Positions 54,084 through 64,000 of a stretch of DNA of 64,000 bases are shown here, piece by piece. Within the stretch, counting starts at the first letter, position 1, and each line of letters starts with the position of its first letter. The DNA is from Octopus vulgaris. Lineage: Eukaryota. The stretch is from contig OX597823.1 in the NCBI GenBank assembly GCA_951406725.2, positions 82,956,001 to 83,020,000 on the forward strand. The letters are read 5' to 3'. The translations under genes and the position numbers were made by a program. The notes under the pieces are model-generated. The model was given only the letters and a program-made list of their open reading frames with translations. It did not search any database and had not been told where the DNA came from.

Positions 54084-55519
54084 CCATACATACACACACA
54101 TATACACACAAAGGAAGATATATATATATATAATCAAAGTGCCTAGCAGACTATCAGAATTTGTTGTACACCGCTGATCACAATACGATCCCTTGTATCG
54201 TTTTAGCTTTCGAATGATACCGCCACGCTAGCTAGGAGTCGATAAATTAAGTACCAGTTGCATACTGGGGTCGATCTAATCGACTAGTCCCCTCCCCCAA
54301 AATTTCGGGCCTTCTGCCTAGAGTAGGGAAAATATTTAAAGGCAGCGAGCTGGCAGAATCATTAGCACGCTGGACGAGATACTTACTGGTATTTCACCCG
54401 TTGCTACCTTCTGAGTTCAAATTCCACCGAGGTCGACTTTGCCTTTCATTCTCTCGGGGTCGATGTAATAAATACCAATTATGCTCTGGGGTCGATGAAA
54501 TAAGTACCAGTTACGCACTGGGTTCGATGAAATCGACTATACCCCTCCCCCAAATTTCAGGCTTTACGCCTACAGTAGAAAAGTAAATAGGTAACACCTA
54601 CAGTATAACAAATCCCTTATCAAACCTTCTATGCGATCGAAAACCGTGAAGGCTTTTGGCTCGGGTATTCGGTTCACGATCGTAAGGTCGTGAGTTCGAT
54701 TCCTGGCGGTGCGTTGCGCCCTTGAACAAGGCACTTTATTTCACGTTGCTCCAGTCCACCCAGCTAGTAAAATGACTTGTGCCTATAATTCAAATAGCCA
54801 ATCTTGTTACATTCTGTGTCACGCTGAATTTCCCCGAGAACTACGTTAAGGGTGCACATGTCTGTGGAGTGCTCAGACACCTGCACGTTAATATCACAAT
54901 GCAGACTCGCTTGTTGATTGGATTGACTGGAAACCCCGTCGTCGTAACCGACGGAGTTAATATGTGTAAATATGTTTTCCTTCTTCTCTAGTTTCAGTCA
55001 GTGGTTGTGGCCATGTTAGGGTACGTACGCTTTTAGGGTGATGTTATTTTTGTTCTTGTTATTTTGTTGTTTTCCTTACCTTACACTCCTCAGTCTTCTC
55101 TCTGAAATATTTTCGCTGAAGTAGCGAGATGCTCAGAGCTGCTCTTCTTTATACTTCCTGCTGCGATGTGGATTCACCTGCTACAGTCCGATAAAGGCTG
55201 TTAGGCTGAAACCCCGAAGTCAATATCACTACTCCTTTTATAAAAGCACAATAAACTACAAAAATGTATAGAGTTATTCATCAGTTTAACACAGTTTAAT
55301 GTAAAATTGTTTTTATTACGAATCGACATACTCGAAATCAAAACATATAGCTTGATATGAAAGCAAACTTGCGTGCCTGTCACTGCACACAAAACGAATG
55401 TTATGACATCGATGGCATCACAATATTCTCATAAATATATACTTTATTTACTGTATTCACGATACGTTATTTCACAGCGTTTAAGGAAATAAAAAATATG
55501 CTTAATTATATAGCTGTAT

Positions 55520-55799
55520 GTGGAGGCACATGGCCTAGTGATTAAAGCAGCCGACTCGCGGTCGAGGGATCACGGGTTCGACTCTCAGACCGGGCGATGT
55601 GTGTATTTATGAGCGAAACATCGAAGCTCCACGCTTCTGCTGACTCTTTCGCCATAACTTTCTTTCACTCTTTCCTCCTGCATCTTGCAGCTCACCTGCG
55701 ACGGACCGGCGTCCCGTCCAGGTGGGGAACCTATACGTCAAGGAAACCGGGAAACCGGCCCTATGAGCCTGGCGTTGCTGAGGAGGAACAAACAACAAC
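55520..55799 (+). mobile_element. SINE family C, tail type 3, with 12-bp TSD
   Basis: TSD ATATAGCTGTAT at 55508-55519 and 55800-55811; family C head; distinct 3' module ending (CAA)n. Confidence 0.85.
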
Positions 55800-55808
55800 A
55801 TATAGCTG

Positions 55809-55858
<50 letters not shown>

Positions 55859-55864
55859 GTTTAC

Positions 55865-55910
<46 letters not shown>

Positions 55911-55915
55911 TATAT

Positions 55916-55957
<42 letters not shown>

Positions 55958-56003
55958 GTAGCAAGAGGAATGCCTCGTGAAAAATATCTGTTCCGATTTG
56001 GCT

Positions 56004-56110
56004 ATTTCTTACTGATGAGTCTAAGGGCCTATGGTGGATTGGCTTGATTTAATTTAATCAGGTTAGTTTACCATTAAACGGTAGATGAAACGGTGCATCG
56101 TCTAAGAAAT
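56004..56110 (+). ncRNA. Type-I hammerhead ribozyme with extended stem II
   Basis: Stem I ATTTCTTA/TAAGAAAT, CTGATGA, stem II GTCTA/TAGAT capped by a 19-bp hairpin, GAAA, stem III CGG(TGCA)TCG, GTC cleavage after 56102. Confidence 0.85.
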
Positions 56111-56493
56111 TACAGGGTAAAAGTTTTTCAATTTTCTCCTGGTTTACGGTATTAATGTTATTTTGCGGTTAAAGCTTTTGGCTGTTATTTCTAGTGGGTG
56201 AATGGCCTATTATGACCGTTCCTTGATTGTGATGTTGAACGTAAAAATGGTTTATGACTATTTAATTTTTTCCTACTAGGCCGCTGGTGGCAAAAGAATT
56301 CTACAAAATTTTTTTGCCACCCTATATTGATTAATTATGAATTTTCTGGTTAGTTCCGTAAAGGAATCGGTGGCTTATATTTATTTGCTGCCGATAAATT
56401 TGGCGCGAGTGCGACGATTTGAAAATTTTAGGTCAGATATTGCCGAGGTAGCAAGAGGAATGCCTCGTGAAAAATATCTGTTCCGATTTGGCT

Positions 56494-56600
56494 ATTTCTT
56501 ACTGATGAGTCTAAGGGCCTATGGTGGATTGGCTTGATTTAATTTAATCAGGTTAGTTTACCATTAAACGGTAGATGAAACGGTGCATCGTCTAAGAAAT
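56494..56600 (+). ncRNA. Second, identical hammerhead ribozyme
   Basis: Exact copy at +490; predicted cleavage after 56592. Confidence 0.85.
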
Positions 56601-56739
56601 TACAGGGTAAAAGTTTTTCAATTTTCTCCTGGTTTACGGTATTAATGTTATTTTGCGGTTAAAGCTTTTGGCTGTTATTTCTAGTGGGTGAATGGCCTAT
56701 TATGGCCGTTCCTTGATTGTGATGATATATATATATATA

Positions 56740-57392
56740 TATTAATCAATATCAGGGTAGCAAAAAATTCAAGAGAAATTTTTTCGGCACCAGCGGTCTA
56801 GTGAGAAAGAAACAATAGTCAACAGACTATATAATGTACATTCAACAATAATTTTAAGGAATGGCCTTAATAGGCCATTCAACTCACTAAAATGAGCAGC
56901 CAAACTCAACCCGCTAAATAGTAGTAATTCAGAAATAAAAGGAAAGTTAAAAACATTTACCCTTATCATCTTTGGACTATGCATAGTTTCGACGTACTTT
57001 CAGCAAACCAGCTCAATTAAATTAAATTAAAGAAGCCAGGGGGAGTATATATTCCACGAGGCAACAGCATCGATGCCTCGGGAATATATACTCTAAACTT
57101 CCAAAATCTACTGTCATCGCGCCAACTTATCAACAGCAAATATAAACTGCTGATTTAATTTCAGAATTAGCCAAAAAATCATTAAATGATTTAATTAAAT
57201 TAAATTTAATTTAATTTAGCTGGTTTGCTGAAAGTACGTCGAAACTATGCATAGTCCAAAGATGATAAAGGTAAATGTTTTTAACTTTCCTTTGATTTCT
57301 GAATTACTACAATTTAGCGGTTTGAGTTTGGCTGCTCGTTTTAGTGAGTTGAATGGCCTATTAAGGCCATCCCTTAATATTATTGTTGAATA
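56740..57392 (-). mobile_element. Diverged sister subfamily of the 490-bp hammerhead repeat: a minus-strand monomer (56740-57185) plus an inverted partial copy (57200-57392)
   Basis: Shares motifs with the 490-mer (CCGCTGGTG, ATATTGATTAAT, TTGGCGCGA, TGAATGGCCTATTA, TGCCTCGTG). The HHR 3' half GAAA-CTATGCATAG-TC is present in both arms. 56840-57030 and 57200-57390 form an inverted repeat. Confidence 0.8.
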
Positions 57393-57415
57393 TATATATA
57401 TATATATATATATAT

Positions 57416-57481
<66 letters not shown>

Positions 57482-57599
57482 CAGAATGAGATAACAAAGC
57501 CAAGGCTGTGAGGAGCTTTTAGGCATTCCACAAATTAAAACACAACTGTACATTACTAAACAAGTATAATGAGGTCTTAATTACATGCAACCAACGCTT

Positions 57600-58056
57600 T
57601 TCTTTTAGTTTCTCAGCAGTGGCGATATGATTTTGTTCCACCAGGGTTTGCAGGACGTCCTCGTCGAGCTCTACAGGTCTTGCAGGATGAGGCTCGTCTT
57701 CTAGGTTGTAGTTTCCGGTTCAGAATTTCTGGATACAACTGTTGACACTGGCTTACGCTTATTATCCGATCCCTATATACTGCATTAATATTCCTCCGAC
57801 TATCCGTTGCTTTGTTGCCTTTATTGAACCAATAAAGCAAAATATGCTGAATACGCTCCTTTGTCACTTCCATTATAGCTTGAAAAAATAACTGTTAGAA
57901 TCAACTGCTCTCTTCAAAGCTTACACTAAGAATAAGGACAGGATAAAATTACCACCTTATTTTATAGCAAGCTGATGCAGGTAGTTTATCACGTCCCCCT
58001 CCGACATTTAGCTAATGCAATTGAATAAAAACTGCATTATTTATGGGCTGACCCAA
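57600..58056 (-). mobile_element. Mariner transposon 5' fragment
   Basis: TA|TTGGGTCAGCCCATAAATAATGC terminus; MEVTKERIQHILLYWFNKGNKAT...NINAVY then, shifted, GNYNLEDEPHPARPVELDEDVL: mariner HTH N-terminus. Confidence 0.85.
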
Positions 58057-58502
58057 TATATATACGCAGCGCTTCTACACAGTTTTTGCCTGCCACATTC
58101 CCTCACAAGGCATTGGCTGATCCCAGACCAGATTTGAAAAACTTGTCCAAGGTACTTCACAGTGTGACTGAACTCAAAACTGCATAGATGCCAAAAAAAG
58201 GTGAGAGCCATAGAGCCATGCCTTCCTAAATATGTTGAAAGTTTATCTCGCTAACGAGTCTCTTTCTAACGAATCGAGTTAATGCATTTAACCAACCCTT
58301 AAAACCTGCTACAACGTATGCGTATATGAGAAATTGCTTGCATTAAAATTTATAACTATACACCATACATTATCATTCGCTTTAATGAATAAAACTTTTT
58401 CATTAAAAAAGTATGATTAAAGCTATTACATCTATAATGAATCCATAATATATGTCTATAACATAAGTCAGAATTCATTCTAACAGCCTCCATTATCAGA
58501 AA

Positions 58503-58887
58503 TGGCCCAGTGCAATGGCCCAGTGATTAGGGCAGCGGACTCGCGGTCATAGGATCGCGGTTTCGATTCCCAGACCGGGCGTTGTGAGTGTTTATTGAGC
58601 GAAAGCACCTAAAGCTCCGGCAGGGGATGGTGGTGAACCCTGCTGTACTCTTTCACCACAACTTTCTCTCACTCTTACTTCCTGTTTCTGTTGTACCTGT
58701 ATTTCAAAGGGCCGGCCTTGTCACTCTCTGTGTCACGCTGAATATCCTCGAGAACTACGTTAAGGGTACACGTGTCTGTGGAGTGCTCAGCCACTTACAC
58801 GTTAATTTCACGAGCAGGCTGTTCCGTTGATTCGGATCAACCGGAACCCACGTCGTCGTAACCGACGGAGTGCTTCCATCCATCCAT
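58503..58887 (+). mobile_element. SINE family C, tail type 1, with 12-bp TSD
   Basis: TSD CATTATCAGAAA at 58491-58502 and 58888-58899; near-identical to the 49282 copy; (CCAT)n end. Confidence 0.9.
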
Positions 58888-61248
58888 CATTATCAGAAAC
58901 ACACAGAATCGGTAGAGCTAGGAGCTTGACTGTATTATATTAGAAATTATATTTTAAACATTATACTCTGAAGTCAAGAATATTACATTACAACGTTATA
59001 GACTTGGACTTAGTATATTACAATCAACTTTTATATTAGAGAAAGTATAAGGAACACGTACTTGAGTTTGGTTGTATGGTTAAGAATCAGGCGTTGCTGC
59101 CTCACATGATTACAGGTCACAGATTAGCTTGTATATGTCCTGGTTTGTATAAATACTGAAGAATAAGATCTCATGAATTCAAAGGGCACACAAAGGTGGT
59201 CATACGTGTTATATTCAATCACACAATAACATTAAAAGTGCATTATTAAAGAAAAAAAAAGAGAAACCGTAAGAGTAAAAACCTCTTTAACACAAATACA
59301 GGAGCCTGTAAATCTCCACAATACCTCAGAAGAACATTGTTGTACATAATTTTCAATGTGAATATGAAACATGTCAACTTCATCATTCAAATCATATTTC
59401 AATTAAGACAGCTTCTCGAAGGTTAGCTGCATATTTACAATGAAGAGTCATGGCAACACATTACATAAGATAAAATAGATTTTACAAATATATACAAGGA
59501 TGTGTGGGCGCGCCTGTGTGGGCGTGGTAAAACGTTCCACAAAAAGTATAAGAACAGCTGCCATGGTAGTTTTATTAATGGCGAAATAGAAACAACTGTT
59601 TAAACACACGCTGTACGCTTGTGACAATTTTCATTTCTAATCACAAGGCCAGGAATTGTGAGGGCAAAGAAGTCAATTACATTAACCGCAGCACTTCCCT
59701 GGTATTTATCGCGTAAGCGCGATTACTATGAACATTTTTACTCCCTTACCTTTACTCCCTCTCCTTACTTAGTGGTCATTCTAATAGCTCTTTTGTCTTA
59801 ATAACGGTCAATCACACAGTAATTTTCCTTTGTTTTAACGGTCATTTACATAGCATTTTTTCGATGGCCCGATAACTGAAGAGATGCCGGCGTGGGTTTC
59901 CGCCCCGACATTATTCATGACTACTGAATAATTGTCATATATATATTGTATAGTATATATTTTATATATATCGGATGGCCCAAATGTAGATTCATCTCTC
60001 TCTTTCGCATTCATATATTAAGAGTTTAGAGCTTAATTATAAAAAAAAGTATGAAACCATTATTCTATGCTTAGTTAATTTTGTCAAATTCCCTTTTCAG
60101 TTTCTAAGAGAGAAATTTAAATGTAATAAAATGTTTTAAAAGAAATTTAAAGTGCCTACGTGATAACTGTAAATCTACTTTGGGGAGAGAGGGACAGAGA
60201 GTGAGAGTGAGAGAGAGAGAGAGGCAGAAGAAAGAGAATGAAAGGGAGAGACAGATAGACAAACAGGCAGACGGACTGAATGAGTGAGACACGAAGAGAG
60301 ATAAAGAAAGACAGCCGATACGTTCTTTTTCGTTCAGCCAATGTTTCCTATCACACAAATTAGTTATATTTAAATACTTCGACGAAATGTTGAAATAGTT
60401 TTACAATAAATATCGGATGTATTTTTAGATCACTTTTAAACTCGCTGCGTATTTGACATTTGAACTCCGTCTAAAATACTAAAATATAATTAACCATCCG
60501 CTTTAGATATTACATGTGGTAATTAAGGAAATATTTTGAAAACGGGAGTCAAGAAGCCCGCTGTAATGATTGTTAACAAGTCTACTGCACAAATCGACCT
60601 GCATATTCGCCTCACACCTAATTAGAATACAATGACATCCTTCTCAGAAGATAAGATTATCAAAACAAAATGGAGGGGAAAATTTAATAGAGTGTTATGT
60701 GATGAGGCGGCGGTGTCCAAAATTAGATCGTAAACCAAAGGAAGGATGGTTGTAATTAAAGATGACCTTTGAACTCTATCTGTCAAAAACTAGAGATATT
60801 TACAAATAGATTTTATTTTTCAAACATGCCATGTGGAACGGGACAAAATACCTTCGTTGCTTCGTTGCATGTGTTCTATTCCGCGCATGCGCGCGCAGAA
60901 TTGCACTCACTTGTTGCATGTGTATGTGTGCAGCTGCGTGTATACATATACATGTTATGTATGCACATATATACATATATGTATATAAAATATAAATATA
61001 CATATACATACATACACACACACACACACATTTTTTTATTGACATTTAGATGCGGTTTATTCCATGCTCACGTATACACACGCAAATAGTTGTATGTTTA
61101 TAGATATATATAAATGTGTGCACATGAATGTATGTGTACATATAAACATGGGTATGTGTGTGTGTGTGTGGAGATTGCATGTTTATAATATTATGTGTGT
61201 GTGTGTGTGTGTGTGTGTTTGCATTATATACTTATATATATATATAGA

Positions 61249-61378
<130 letters not shown>

Positions 61379-62013
61379 CCTGTATGTATCTGTGCATCTG
61401 CGTACGCTTACGTCTGTGCGTATAGGTATGCTTGAGATTGTGTTTGTTATGCGTATATATGTATAGGGATCTTGTAGGACTGATTTCGTCCCTCATTTAG
61501 TTTTGCCTTGTTTCTTTTGTTTATATTTTTTCGTATTTTAAATATTTTATTTATTCATTCTTTCATTTATTTATTTATTTATTTATTCCTTCATATTTCC
61601 ATCTATTTAATTATAGTCAGACTTGAACACGTCTTCCGCTTTCGAATATTCATTTATGTGACGATGGAGGCGTGAGGGTTACCGTCATTTCCTTTAAGTT
61701 ATTAAATTGTTGTTTGTCACCGTCGCTATTGAGTTTCAGAAGACTTCAGATCGAACAAACCCATCATCAAAAGCATTCCAGCCGCGACGATACCTACTTT
61801 TTTTCCCCTCTTTCATACGGAATGTGTCCAGAATTACATCACCTCATATTTTACTTTTTTATTTTCTAATAGTTTCAGTCACTAGACGGCAGCCATGCTG
61901 GGGCAACGCCTTGATAATTTTAGCCGTATAAATCCAGTATGGTTATTTCTTCCGAACGGTTAAGTGATGGGCAGTAAACAAACCAACACTTGATGTCAAG
62001 CGGTGGGTACATT

Positions 62014-62072
<59 letters not shown>

Positions 62073-62144
62073 ACCAGGAATAGGGCCTGAGTGAATAAAG
62101 GACACTATCCGCCGGGTATATATATATATTAATTATATATATAT

Positions 62145-62578
<434 letters not shown>

Positions 62579-63730
62579 TATCAATTATATATATATGTTA
62601 ATTATATATATATATTACTGTTCTAAATTATTCTGTAAGAATGAATCCAGTGTTTTGTATGCTATTCTCTTGTGAAGAAAAATAACAACAATAAACATTT
62701 TCACGTTCGAATTTGGTTAAAACCTATTGAGGTCGCATACGCAAGTCAACATTTTCATTCCCGCTGTTCATCGTGGATAAGAACATTTATTATCAGTAGG
62801 CCAATATCAGCGCAAATCAGCCAATAATTTATTCACTTAGATTACAAACAAGAGCATCGGCTCTTTTTAGATTTATTAGTCTGGCTGCTTCGGGCTGATG
62901 AATCGCATTGATATCGAAATACTGGATGTTCCAGAATCCTTTTGCTCGCGAATTGAGTATATTATAAATACATATTCATTGCAAAGAAGAAGCCGTTCTC
63001 CTGTGACGAAACACAGCAGTGATTAGCATATTCCTGTTAGAATCTGCCGCAGAGTAATAAAAAGAAATCTAGAAGCCATTGTTATTATATTATTCTTTTG
63101 CCTTATATTCAAGTCATTTAAATAAGCCGCAAAGTGTAAATAAATGTATTTTCCAGTTTCTTAATCGGATAAATTCTTACATTAGGGATTGAAAACCAAA
63201 CAGTTCTATATCCGCTTCTTTCATTAGCGACTTTCATTCCAAACAGTATGTTAATTCTCGTCTCTCTCTTTCATTCTCTCTTTCTATCTTCCCCTCTCTT
63301 TTCATCTCTCTCCTCTCCTTTTCCCTCCACTTATTTAATCTCCTCTGTCTCTCTCCTCTCGTTTCTTTATTTCTCTCTCACACAGGTAAATTGACTTGTA
63401 TCTCCCACGATTTGAATAACCCGATTTCCTTCATAACAAACTTTCTTCAATTTAGGTAATAATGATCTCTGTTATTGCAAGATAACTAAGCTCTATTACC
63501 TGACAATTCTTCAAAATTAAGGACGCCATTTTAAAAGGAAAAGAGAATCGGTTGGATAATGGACTTTATACTGTTGAACAATTGATATTATAAACCACTG
63601 AATGAGTTCGCCAACAACCACCGCGCACATAACCCTCTCTCAATATCTCTGCTTCAATGTATGTGTGTGTAAACGCCTATATGCATATGTGTATGAATGT
63701 TTGTGTGTGTGTGAGTGTGTGAGTCAGTGT

Positions 63731-63815
<85 letters not shown>

Positions 63816-64000
63816 GGTTTATATTTCTTCCTACGTAGGACCATTTCGTAAATAACTGGCTTCGATCGGCTTTTACGAAGACTACACGTTGTGAAACGAT
63901 AAGGTTTGTCATTATATAGATATAATGAGTGCCTCTCTCTCTTTCTCTCTCTGTCTCCTTCTCTCTCTTCTGGCTCTCACTCTCTGTTTATATATATGTG

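Larger units (their letters stand above)
55957..56724 (+). mobile_element. Tandem hammerhead repeat (retrozyme-like or PLE pLTR array), 490-bp monomer, about 1.57 units, inside (TA)n
   Basis: 55957-56234 and 56447-56724 are direct repeats (one substitution seen), and each contains a complete HHR. No meaningful ORF. Confidence 0.85.

Noticed and set aside
55183-55225. CCGATAA-AGGCTGTTAGGCT-GAAA, hammerhead-like
   Set aside because: Two core mismatches and no stem I.
58503-58580. SINE heads (families A-D) as tRNA genes
   Set aside because: A/B boxes are present but there is no closed acceptor stem or terminator, and they continue into SINE bodies. Only 33016-33098 folds fully.
62890-62935. 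CTGATGA...GAAA hammerhead-like spacing
   Set aside because: Stems I and III cannot be formed convincingly.

Overview
AT-rich, microsatellite-saturated eukaryotic non-coding DNA. The SINE families look like those of coleoid cephalopods (probably Octopus); this is recognition from memory, not a search. I find no intact host protein-coding gene, and almost all long ORFs in the track are microsatellite translations. Supported content: (1) one intact tRNA-Leu(TAA) gene; (2) a full-length but disrupted IR/DR Tc1 (DD34E) transposon, plus maT/DD37D, mariner and pogo/Tigger remnants; (3) five 5'-truncated or decayed RLE-type (R4/Dong-like) LINE ends, four of them stacked in an (AAT)n-rich region; (4) a Penelope-like (PLE) reverse-transcriptase relic; (5) dozens of copies of at least three tRNA-headed SINE families. 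The most interesting signal is a set of at least five distinct non-coding elements carrying type-I hammerhead ribozyme (HHR) motifs, mostly inside (TA)n tracts and often with Penelope-style inverted duplications. Two stand out. One is a 490-bp tandem retrozyme-like unit with a long G.U-rich stem II and a diverged sister subfamily beside it. The other is a tRNA-promoter-headed element with an HHR tail, a candidate Penelope-mobilised SINE. Region 5.4-8.2 kb looks like a consensus/assembly mosaic.
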